A DNA stretch of 36,193 nt. Source: Octopus bimaculoides. Taxonomy: Eukaryota. Position numbers and translations under genes: made by a program. The notes below the pieces were generated by a model. That model did no database searches. It had not been told where the DNA came from and saw nothing but the letters and a program-made list of their open reading frames with translations. Shown here piece by piece: positions 21,851-34,498 of the stretch; positions within the stretch are counted from its first letter, which is position 1, and each line of letters starts with the position of its first letter. Location: positions 137,556,822 to 137,593,014 of the forward strand of contig NC_068983.1 in NCBI RefSeq assembly GCF_001194135.2. The letters are read 5' to 3'.

Positions 21851-23678
21851 GCGTTTCTTAGCGGCGATATCATTATCATTGAGGTTTATCCGAGGCTAGT
21901 TGAATAAGCTAATCCATCAATAAGGAAGAGAGTTATCGAACCTGGAGACTCTGGAAACGAATATTTCAGCTATTGTTAGCCCTTCTCTGGTAAGATTAGT
22001 TTGTTTCCACCACTTTGCTAATATGAAATACTCGAAAATCGTTTAATGTGGTTCTTCTATTTTCACATCTTAAATATTATAATTCTTTTGTTTCCTTCTG
22101 GTTACCCATATTGTTTTTTTTGCAATGAATGATTAATCATGCCTGCCGTGCTTTAGTGAATAATATCTTACCAAGTAACCATCTTCTATTTATATATGAT
22201 ATCTGAATTAAATATAATGCATAGAAAATTCAGAAAAACTCAGCATTACGCAAAATATGTTTTAAAAGGCATTAGGAAAGAACAACTCTGTAATCGAATT
22301 GTTTCTTATAACAAACTTTTTGGGAAGTAAATACGAAGTTTTAGGGAAGTTATGAAATATCGTAAAAATACCCAATTGTCTTTGTGCGAAAAAAAAAAAA
22401 TTGACATTTCTACATTTGATATAAGACTACAAATTTGGAATCGAACTCATTACTAATGACTTTTGTTTTCTGTAGCAGAGATAGATATCTGGCCAGGTAT
22501 TGGTGGTGATGGTTTGCACGAATACCCGGCCTTTTCACTCATTCTTCGAAATCTCGCCAAAAACGTTCGATGCTTTTGGTGTGTATGTGTGGTGGTAAAA
22601 TTATTTAGTACTGATATCGAGTCTGGTGTGAAACTATAAATTTACCATCATATTTTATTTAGTTTCTCATGTTGAATCCAGCAAAGAAGCTTTATCATAT
22701 ATAATTTAGGAGTTCAGATTTTGAATCCAATGCAATTCAGCGAATGCAAAATGAAATCGCTAGTAAAATGGCGAATTCATAATAGTCTTTCAAGGGGAGC
22801 TAATCCAATAATATTTGTTGATACCACAATTATCCAAAGAAATAAAAGAACTTGCAAAATCCTGATCGAATTTCACTCCTCCCCATTGTCCTAGAAGTGT
22901 CAAAGATTATCTGGTAATTTAAAAGAAAAAAGATAGCGATTTCTTTAACCATAACTCATTCCATTAGTGAATGAGAGCAGTGCTAAATATGTCATTGTAA
23001 AGGGCTCGCAAGCACTATTTTGAAAAAACCATTATCTCTCTTCATTTTTCTACTCCGTATACCTTGTAACTTATTGGTGAAAGGGCGTATTGTGATTGTG
23101 AGGTCAGGCATTTATAGTTACCTTTGGTGCTTTGGTTGTTTTGTTTATGGCTGAAGATTTGTGTTACAGTTAAATTTCCTTGATATACATGTCTTCGTGA
23201 TTTTGAAAGATAACTCGAGTGTCAAGTACCTATTAAAAGATGCTTACAACATTTATGTTCATAGAAACATGTCTGTCATGAAGTGTTATTAGCCCCTGCT
23301 CACATTGAGCAGACGTAAGTTCAAATATATTCCAGTCTTAGCCAAACCATTTTTCTTTGTAGACATACTGTATCTAAGGACAATTCTTCAAAGTGTTCTT
23401 TTATGATTTTTGAAATACTTTTGACCACAAGGTTATTCAACGAGGGATCACCTGAGGTTTTTATATTGTCAAATAACAATAGGTATGGTGATCTGCATCT
23501 AGAAATTTCTGTTAATCATATCGTCACCACTTTTCCAAAGATTTCATTATGAAATTACACTTAATTTTGATGGTTTCTTTTACTTGCATATAAATATTTA
23601 CTTAAATAAAAATAATTTTAAATCCATTAACATTAAATAATATTTTACTGAACGTTACAGATTCAACCGTTCTTAAAA

Positions 23679-26600
23679 ATGGAAGAGAGAATAAGTCAAC
23701 AAAGAGCGGCAGCAAGAGAGAGACAGAGAAGACGACGACAGCGGTTATCATCCGAAGAGAGGCAAGCAGTCCGTGAACGTATTCGAGAACGTATGCAAAA
23801 AATGAGGAGTAATATGAACGAAGAGGAGAGAGAACTTTATCTTCAGAATAGGAGAAACAGGGATCGAGAAAGAAGAAGTAATATGGATCAAGATGAGAGA
23901 GAACTTTATCTTCAGAATAAAAGAAACAAAGATCAGGAGAGAAGAAATAACATGAATCCTGAGGAGAGAGAAACTTATCTACAGAATATGAGAAATAGAG
24001 TTCAAAAGCGAAGAAATGCCATAAATGAAGATCAACAAAATGAAGTTATGCATCCCAAACTATCGTCACTGGGCCGTCTCACCAAACATGCTAGGAAGGT
24101 AAGAGAAAGACAGAAAAGGGAAACCACGGAAGAAAAACAATTAAGATTACAAAACCAGAGGCAAAGACAATTTGCTAGTCAGCAGGCAGAAACAGCGGAA
24201 CAAAGGCAGGCAAGATTGGAAGCTCAGAAACAGAGGACAAATACTTATCGTACAAGTCTCAAGGTAAATATCAGGTATACATTTTTAAGCATCACACACC
24301 TATAGAGGAAATATAACAAAGATCTGCTTATAGAATTTATTTGTGAGGTCATTGATATTGCAATTAATTTCAGAGACCAAGGATATATGTAGGATGAATG
24401 TATTAAGAAGCTTCATAACATGAGGTTTCTTGTGATGCAAACTTTTAGTACTGCAGCCTCTCCAAAATTTTCATTAAAAATGAGCTCAATAAAATTATGA
24501 ATTAAAGCTCAGTCATACTTTGTATGCTTCCTTGAATCTCCATGTCAGGGTTAGTAGCTGTGCAATTGATAAACATCAGTGGGCAAGCCAAGTAACTTAG
24601 TGTGCTCAGTACTTCATTATCTGGTATTATCGGCAACACAGAAATACGCACATGTAATAAAGTATCATGTATGCTATACAGTGTTGAGGGATCACTATCA
24701 ATTATAAATTGAGTAGAACTTTGGAATCAATGTATGTGATAAAAATCCAAATTTAATGAAGCTGCTGTCATGTCAATTGTAAATTCAATCAGGAATTACA
24801 ATGTTGAAAAATTTTCTGAAGAGAATCTACAAGAGAAAGTCTGTGTGAATTGTGGCAGCAGTTACTATATATTTGATGTTGAAGACAAATTACAACAGTC
24901 TACCATCATGTCAGATTTCAAAATAGGATAAGTATAACATCCAGCTCCATTCTCGTTTCAGTTTTGGAATTCTGTAGAGATTCTCTGTTGAGGTTGATTT
25001 TGAATGCTTTTTCTTTAGTGAAAGTTTCAGTGTGGAAATTAAGCATTATGTGTTAGCCTTACAAACAAGAATTTTTAGTTATCATTGACATTTTCATTAA
25101 AATAACTTATCAATTCGTCACAGTCTAAATTATTTCCATTGAACTGAAATCTTTATTTGTATCTTTTTATTTCTTTCTTTGATCATGCCTCACTTCCTCA
25201 ACACTCAGATGAAAATGACACAGAAAAAAAAGAATGAAACACAGCACCTTGGGGAGCAACACCTGCAGAATCAAAAGTTTAAAAATCAACAATCACATGA
25301 CAGATGGTATGTGATGACTAAAATGGTATTTTGACAATGTTATTGAGTTACTATTCTTCTTATATATTTCTTCTGAATTAATTGCAAATTGTCATTTTAG
25401 GCAAATGGACAGTGCTTTATCATTTCCAAAGACTTCAAAATGTGTACATCTAACTACTAAAATGCCAGTCCAGCAAGATTCAAGTTTAGCCCAAGCATCG
25501 CAAAATATTACAAAGCCAGCTCAGGTGTTGACTTCACCATTTCAAATAACTCCATCCAAATCAAAGCTGATGAAAAATCCAAATCAAACAACTGTATCTA
25601 AATCAATAATTAGAGAAAAAGATTTACCGAAACAAAAATTGCTAGTTACTAGCCATCAACATTATGTTATGTCTAACCTAGCATCCATGTGGAGAAATAG
25701 GAAATTATGTGATGCCAGTATTAGCAATGGCTCATCTACTGTGATGGTAAGTATACAGTTGTAAACGTTTTCACATCTATAGACTGTTCCTAATGTCATC
25801 ATCATGATAACTACAAAATCTTGCTTGTAAGTCTAAAAAATTATGCTTAATTTCTAATGTGCTTAATATCAAGCTATTCTTTCTTCTACACCCCTCTATA
25901 TTTCTTAAAGATAGGTCTAGTTGACGTGTATGTTCTTACTGGTGCAATTCTTAGATAAATCTGTTGTTTTATAATTAATTGGTCATAAAATCTTTTATNN
26001 NNNNNNNNNNNNNNNNNNNNNNNNNNNNNNNNNNNNNNNNNNNNNNNNNNNNNNNNNNNNNNNNNNNNNNNNNNNNNNNNNNNNNNNNNNNNNNNNNNNN
26101 NNNNNNNNNNNNNNNNNNNNNNNNNNNNNNNNNNNNNNNNNNNNNNNNNNNNNNNNNNNNNNNNNNNNNTATAGATAAATTTTTTATTAAGTTTTAAGTT
26201 TTATTATTATCAGAAAATTTTATGATTCAGTCATTGAAATACACTAGAATATTTTACAGAAAAAGATAATGGAGTTTATTTAATTAAAGTATTAATGAAA
26301 TAACTCTCTGAGATAAATGAAGTTTAAACTAACTTTCAGTGGCTTAAGACTTGGTTAGTCAATAGCTTTTGTAAAAGTTGGAAAAACATAAACTTACATT
26401 TTTCTACTTTATGAACATGTTTCTTAAATATCTATCATTGTATTGTTGGCAAGCTATAAACGTACTGTTTATTATTTACTATATTTCAGGTCCATAAAAT
26501 AGTCTTGTCTGCTGTGTCTCCAAAACTGTTCTCAGTGTTTAGTACACACATCTCTTCTCAGGTGTTTGAAGTAAAATTTCCTGAAGTAGTTAGTACAGAA

Positions 26601-27464
26601 GCTTTAATGGTTTTTGCTGAATACATGTATACTGGACTATTAGATCTTGATCTTAATATTTTACAACAGCTAAAAGTCATTGCAAAACAATTAGACACGA
26701 AAGACTTAGAAAATCTGTGTGATGCTCATCTTCTAAGTGGAGCAAGTCAGCAACTTGCTTCGACAGTTACTGCATTTGATGATCCCAGGCAGATGCCATC
26801 TGATGTTTCAGCTGTTCCTACAGAGGATATTAAACAAGAGATTTCTCAAAACGAATTAGCACAACTTAAAGAAGGTACAGTTAGAACCTTTAAGCGAGAG
26901 TTTGATGCTGCATCTCTGGACTCTAAGAGTGGCAACTCTCCAGTTGGTTCTGTTATTCTTCCCAGTGTAAAAATGGAGCCTGTAGGACCTGATGATGACA
27001 AATATGGTCAAATGAATGAAAGAGCTTACACATCTTGTTCAGTTTCAAATAGTTCTGAGACTCTAAAAACTACTTTGAATTCTATAGTTGTGTCCACTAC
27101 AGATTTTAGCTTACCGTTTTCAGATACCACAAACAGCAAAGCAACAGCAAACAAGATACATGGAACATCACCTAAATTAAAATCTAATGTATTTGAACGT
27201 TCTCCAGTTTCTGACTCATCTCCTGTGTCATATCGTGAAGAAAAACTGTGTTCTCAATCTAGACTCATAAGAGAAGACCCTTCTAAACCACTAAATCGAA
27301 CAATAACAACTCAGACAATTGACAACAATGAGATTTGTGGTAGCAATGAAGATGTCTATCCTGTAGGACTTTTTACAGCAGGAGGGGACAGATTATCATT
27401 ATCATCAACACAAGTTACCAATGTCAAAAATACAGGTTTATATAAAACAGATGGTCTTACTTGA
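23679..27464 (+). CDS. STPR-like repeat + BTB/POZ protein, copy 3 with an expanded repeat exon; join(23679..24263,25209..25306,25401..25746,26490..27464), 667 aa
   Basis: Phases 0/2/0 join in frame (2004 nt). Donors gtaaat, gtatgt, gtaagt. Four extra 23-aa repeats at 23745-24020 plus the two shared repeats from 24120. BTB motif intact. Confidence 0.85.
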
Positions 27465-30008
27465 TATCAGAAATAGTTAATTTTCAGTTTACACACACAT
27501 ACACACTGATAAATTGAGCTCTAATTTTGTAATAAAATAATGTTTGAAATACCAGCTTTGTTTTATTTTCTATTGAAAAATACAGTAGAGTTTTCTGTCT
27601 TGTGAGAATTTGTTGATAAATTTTTCTTTCAGTATTGTCTACATTAACTTGTTTTCTGTTCACTACTGCTGTTAGATGTACCCTGTTGCTTTATTCATTT
27701 ATTGCTATCCTCATTTATTACTTACTAGGAGTTGGGTGATTTAACAGTAACAGTGGTGGTGGCAGTGCTGCTGCCTTGAAGTCGCCAAACTACGATGAGA
27801 TATAAGCACTGTAGAATTGGAATCCTTCTGCTACCTGCAAGGCTTCTCCATTGCTGCTACTCATGACTGTGTCATTGGTGTTTGAAGTTCAGATCATTGG
27901 TTTTCTTTAAGAATAGTTCTACTTCTATAATATTCTGTATTAACTGCAAGCAGGATCTAAGACAAGTGAGATGTTGACACAACCAAAATCAACAATTAAT
28001 ATCTGACAAACAGTGAATTACATTTCTTGACTGCAGTGTGATCTCAGTGCTTCTCTACATAATTAACAGGCAAATGTTTGAGTAATAGTAATGGAAAGGG
28101 AGGTAGGCTGACTATCTCCCTGCTGCACACTGCTGAAGTTGTTGAAGACGTTCATTTCACTGTCAGGCAAGTTGATCTCCACTCATGCCTGCATACATAA
28201 CTTGCTGATTGCTTGCGCTAGCTTCTCAGGATTTTCATATCTTTTCAGAATGCGGACAAGTTCTCAATGAACTGTAAAAAATACTTTCTTAACACCAATG
28301 AAACTCCTGATTATTGGGAGCTTTCTGTCCCTCACTTCTTTACTGATCCTGCTTAGAACCAAGATATGTTTATGGATGTCTGTTTCTCTTGAAATTTGTT
28401 CTGTTGAAACTTCAGTAGAGTTTTTAACAGGCTGAAAATGGTAGGCATACATCCTGTTACAGTTTTTGGTAAGAACTGAACTGAAATAGATCTCTTTCTG
28501 CTTATTAGTTAACTTAATACAATGCTATCAACTAAAACAGTCCACTTCTCCTGGAACTACATCTTTACCACAGCTCTCACCAGTCTTCAGGAATCTATGC
28601 TTTCACATACTCTGCCTCTGTGAATGGACAATCATTGATAGGAATATCTTAAATAGTTGGTCAATTTCTTCATTTTTGTGAAGGATAGTTGTAAGATTAT
28701 TGGGGAGATCCTTTATTTAAGGATTTTTAAAGCATATTCGAAACTAGTCCCATGGGTACTCTTCTGTAAACTTTTACGTTTATTAGAATGATTGCCCAAA
28801 CAAAATAATACCATAGTTTGTATGATATCTAAGAATTTAATATACTCAATAAATTATTGTATCAGCAGTGTTTTATTTCAATGCTGTTCTGTACTACAGA
28901 GTTGTAGAAGGAATATTTAGCAGTCCCAACACACTTAGAAATTGAATGTAGATCACTGTATTTGATGCAAAAGCAACTAAACTATATGAACACGATTTGC
29001 TCTGTTACTGATGATGTCATAAATATTTTGTAAAACAGGATCTTAGTAACAATTCCATCTAGCACTGTTTTCTCTTTGAAAGATATAGCTGTAAATAGAG
29101 CTTTCTTTTGCCACTGGCAAGTAGCAGTGGTTCACAGCTTAAAACCAGTTGACTGCAAGTAGTGTGGCTGTAGCATTAAGACCAATGGCTGGTGATGCCA
29201 ATGTTGATTCAGCTAAACCACCTAGCTGCAAGAATTAACCAAATCATTTCCAGTGGAACATATGCTTGCCATGCTGCTAGACAGTCTTCTTGCATTCCTG
29301 TTTCACACTGATTGATGAAGTGTTTATTCTGGTGTAAATATCTTTTCTAGTGTTTATAGTAACAATGATACCTAGTTTGTTAATGATAACAGTAAATATC
29401 TTTGTGTTTAAAATCTCAATAGAGTTTGTGTTCGTTCCATTGTCTTCAACTCAATAAAAACATCACACTGATGACACATATACAGAAATATTCTTATTGT
29501 TATTGAGTATATCAATAGATTTTAACCAAAATTTTATATAATAGACAGATGGAAGCAACCTCTCTCTCTATATATATCTATATGCACTATATTTTTGTGG
29601 TCAGGTAAGGAAGTATCAACTGGACAAATTTCAGGTCTATATTGAATTGGAATTCCATCAGTGACAGAGCTCCCTGTTCAACTGTTCACAGAGACACTGC
29701 TGATAGACCCACTGTGACTAAACACATAAGGAAACTGAATAGAGCATGGTGCACATTATGATACATTCTTGGCAGCTAGTTTGATTAATAAAGTTTTGGT
29801 TAGTTGACAGTGTCTTGTTTCAGTTCTTTTCTCTACCTCAGAGACCTCTATAGATTTTCACCCAGATTACACATAATACATAGATGTAAACACCATGTTT
29901 ATACTCGCATACATACGTATGCACATTCGTGTCTATCTATCTTTGAGGACAGGCAGAGAGACGAACCAGACTAGTTTCAATTTTGAATTGGAATTTCATA
30001 CACAACTA

Positions 30009-31025
30009 AGTATCCATACAAAAATTTTTATTGCCAAGGGAGTAAGAAATTGGATAGAGCAATATGCATATTACATTACATTTTTGGTTGCTAATTTGAT
30101 TTATAAATTACTGGTGCATTAACTGTAACACAGGATTGAATCTAATCTCATTGATCTCTCTTTCTCTTTGTCCATGAAGATGATGCATGTAGAGACAAGT
30201 TATTTACATCTGTCTATAGCAGTGTTAGTTAAATATCTGTAGATATGATTTGTAGTTCAGAACAGTAATTAATGTTTAGTAGCACATGCCTTGGAAAATA
30301 TTTTTTTTTTGTGTGAGATATGATACCTGTGTTACTAAATATTCGCTCTCGGGTAAGACCAGTATGTGTGTCCATTTAAGGTATTCATGATGATTCTTAG
30401 AAATTTGAAATATCATTGCATTGGAGTTTGCCTTTTAGCTCCAGGTCGGCTCTGGTTCAACAGACCTATTGAACAAAAGCATTCTATTCCTTCCTAATAT
30501 CTTCTTTTTTAGGGATAATATACATCCTGGATGCTCTGGTAAATGGGAGGGTCACTGCTTTTGTAGCTGAATGGAACAAAAGTATCCTGAAGTATTGGGA
30601 TCTTCCAGCATGTGGTGTTTGAGGCATTTTGAGGTACTGGCCACTAATGGAGAAGTTCTTGTGATCATTGGCAGCTTAGTGTCAAGTGATGCCTGTGAGG
30701 GTGCTTGGCTTTTCCAACACCTTAGCCTTATCATCACCCATGGTAATGCCGTGAGTGTTTGCCTGCTTTAGTAGGTCCTGTTGAACCTTGTGGTGTGCGA
30801 TCAATTGATGCACTTGGTGTTGCATTGTATTATTTGTCTTTCTCCCTCTTTTATCCTTTTTGTTTGTTTTTCTTTTGTAAAATATATTCCTGTATTGCCT
30901 GACTGGCTCTTGTGCTGGCGGCACATAAAAAGTATCATTCAAGCATGGTCAATGCCAGTACTGACTGATTGGCCCTTGTGCTGGTGGCATGTAAAAAGCA
31001 CCCACTACACTCTCGGAGTGGTTCC
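30009..31025. repeat. Intergenic segment paralogous to ~17021-17860, including the CRE relic and RTE 3' units
   Basis: agtatccatacaaaaattt..gcaatatgcatattaca..ctctggttcaacagacctattga is shared by both segments. Confidence 0.8.
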
Positions 31026-31689
31026 ACTCACTTCTACACACCTCATACCTTGATGGACCACCCAGATACTTTATAACAACTATTTCATCTCCTCCCAGCT
31101 TCCCCCAGTCATTCTGACCCTCTCTTCAATATGTAACTATGTAGCTCCTCTACAGTAAGAAACCTGCTCTGCTCCTTTCTATGATACTTTAACCCTTCAT
31201 CTTACATAAAACCATCCTCCCCTCAGAGTTTGTAGTCTTGCACACTGCATGGGAACCTCACTAGTGTTGGTGACATGAAAATAGCTCCCAGTATATTCTG
31301 TATTGTTTGGCATTAGGAAGGATATCCAGGAGTCACTGGAGCACAATGCAATCCTTAGACTCATTGTATACAGTCAAACTGTCCAAATCATTCCAGTATG
31401 AACAAGGTGTTAAATGATGATATATATGTGGGTCAATGGCTTGGTGACTGGGATAAACTTAATACCAACTTTATAAACCACTCTCCTGAGTCTCATTATA
31501 ATATTCCACAGTATTGTAGACTATACATCCAGTGGCTGAAAAAATAGAGACCCTAATCAAGATATTCCTAACCAATCCTATGATGACATATCGTGGATAG
31601 CAGGGTTGTCTATAAATGTAATGGAGGCTCTTATTAAATTTGTGGTATGGAAAATACAATCTCAAGTTCAAACTTAATGTCTAGAATGT

Positions 31690-31998
31690 TAGCCTCTGTA
31701 CTGCATCGCTTGAAATAGATAGAAAGATTGTAGTTTCTGCAAAAAAAGTATGGAGACGCTTTCTAAGCCTCTCCAGCTGTGACTGGGAACATCCAGATGG
31801 GGTTCAGAGATCTCTGTTGAGCCCATCCACTCGAATGAGAAAGCTCCCTCTCAGATGATAGAGGAGGTACAGACCGACAAGGTTGGTCATCTGGGTTCTC
31901 ATTCCTAAGGTATTTTTCAATGTTCAGGTCACTGCCTAGAATCGAACTTGGAATCTTGAGGTTAGTAGTCCACGCTCTTAACCACTACGCTATATGCC
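31690..31998 (-). mobile_element. tRNA-derived SINE (head ~31925-31998)
   Basis: The minus strand reads ggcatatagcgtagtggttaagagc...aagttcgattctaggc with A and B boxes. The anticodon stem pairs poorly. The 3' extent is approximate. Confidence 0.6.
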
Positions 31999-34038
31999 TG
32001 TGATGAATGCTGGAGGGTATATCAGCTGAAACGTTGTGTTGACAGTAAACAAGATGAGGAGAAATATCCATCAAATGTAAATAATGATGTGTTTAATGTT
32101 CAGCTTGAACTTCTGCAGGACAATGTTGTCAGGAAATGTATGGTTAGGAAGGGAATTCCAAAGAGAAAGAACTGAGTGAAATATCTAGGGAAGAGTATGT
32201 CAGTAGCTAGTTCAGAGAAGCAGAGGTTTTCATGGTTGCAATAAAAGTGGCAGAGAGAAGAAATAGCATGTTTGTGAGGTAATTGTTGATACTTGTTGGT
32301 AAGTGAATTATCACTAATCATATGAATGACTTTTTAAATGTGTATGTGTGTGTGTGGCAGCACTATTTCAAAGCATGAGCAGTTCACCTATGTTGGGTTT
32401 ACTTAAGCTTTGTAAGTGGTCAGCTAAAGTATTTGCGGACCCTTAAGAGGAATCCTTGTTTTTGCAGTGCAGTTTTGGCTATGATATAATAAGGTTTGGC
32501 ATAAGAGATAAATAGTGATTGTGAGGTCTGGCATTTATAGTTACTTTCAGTGCTTTGGTTGTGTTGTTTATGGCTGAAGGTTTGTGTTACAATTAAATTT
32601 CCTTGACATATGTGTCTTTGGGATATTGAAAGATAGCTCGAATGTCAAGTTGCTATTAGAAGATGCTTACATCTATGTCTGGCATGAAGTATTGTTACAA
32701 GCACCTTCCCCAATTTTTTTTACAAAGCTCACATTGAGCAGGTGTAAGTTCAAAAATATACCAGTGCTAGCCAAATCATGTTTCTTTGTAGATACACTGT
32801 ATCCAAGCACAACATTATTCAAAGTGTCCTTCTCCTTTTATGACTTTTGGAATACTTTTGCCTACAAGGCTATTCGACCAGGGATCACCTGAGACTAATA
32901 GCACCGTCAGGTTTTGATATTGTCAAATTACAATAGGTATAGTGGTCTGCATCTAGAAATTTAGTTAATCATATCGTCACTACTTTTCCAAAGATTACAT
33001 CATGAAATTGCACTCAATTTTCATGGTTTCTTTCACTTGAATATAAATATTTGCTTTAAAATAAATAATTTCAAACCTACTAACATTAAATTATATTTTA
33101 CTGAAATTTGAAGCTTTGCTCAGTGGCAATATCATTGTCATTGAGATTTTTCCGACGTTAGTTGAAAAAGGTAATTCATCCATAATTAAGAGAGTTATCG
33201 AACCTGCAGGCTCAGGAAACGAACATTTCACCTACTGTTGGCCCTTCTCGGGTTAGTTTAATTTATTTCCACCGCTTTGCTATTATGAAACACTCGAAAA
33301 TCGTTTAATGTGGTTCTATTATTTTCACATCTTAAATGTTATAATTTTTTTGTTTCCTCCTGATTACCCATATTGTTTTTCCTTTTGCGTTCAACAGTTA
33401 ATCATTCCTGCCGTGCTTTAGTGGATAATACATGGGTAAATATTTGTACCATGTCACTATCTTCTACATATATGTGATGCTATATCCTAATTATATATAA
33501 TGCATAGAAAATTCAGAAAAGCTCGGCATTACGCAAAATACGTCTTAAAAAGTATTAGGAATGAACAACTCTGTAATCGAATTGTTTCTTATTACAAACT
33601 TTCTGGGAAGAAAATACAAAGCGTTAGGGACTTTATAAAAATTAGAATTAATAAGAATAATTCATGAACGTGCTTCAATTAAACACGAAAATATTTAATT
33701 TATTCTAAGACTTCAAAATGAGTAAACTACCCAATCGTTCCAATCTGTTGATTATTTACAAAATAAATGAGTAGCGATCACCAGATTAGCTTAAAAGGCA
33801 GATACTCATTGCTTTCGTCGAATTCAGAATTTTTTAATTCCTCAACTAAAAGATACATGCAAAATGAAATATCGTAAAAATATCCAATTGTCTTTGTGGT
33901 AAATAAAAAAATGATATTTCTACATTCGATATAAAACTACAAATTTGGAATCGAACTAATTACTAAAATATGTGTCCATCTTGGCAATGTTTAAAATCAC
34001 ATTTTACTACTTTTCTCACGTTGACTCCAGCAAAGAAG

Positions 34039-34070
<32 letters not shown>

Positions 34071-34498
34071 NNNNNNNNNNNNNNNNNNNNNNNNNNNNNN
34101 NNNNNNNNNNNNNNNNNNNNNNNNNNNNNNNNNNNNNNNNNNNNNNNNNNNNNNNNNNNNNNNNNNNNNNNNNNNNNNNNNNNNNNNNNNNNNNNNNNNN
34201 NNNNNNNNNNNNNNNNNNNNNNNNNNNNNNNNNNNNNNNNNNNNNNNNNNNNTCACTTACACCCCGTTTATAAAGAGCAATATTGTGCAAAGTGAAGACC
34301 GTACACTAAGATTTCAGTTGTAATCTTCATATAAATACTAGTTTTCTGTAGACATAATCAGGAAAGAATTATTGGTATAATTTGTGGTTTGTAACATTAT
34401 GTTTAAAAGATTGTACAAATTTTATTTTCAGATATCTAGAAAATGTGTGTCAATGTTCTCTGATAATAGGACGTCTTTTTTTCTAGTGTTATGAAGTT

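Noticed and set aside
31925-31998. Possible tRNA gene on the minus strand
   Set aside because: A and B boxes are present, but the anticodon and acceptor stems do not pair and the sequence continues into a repeat body. It is a SINE head.
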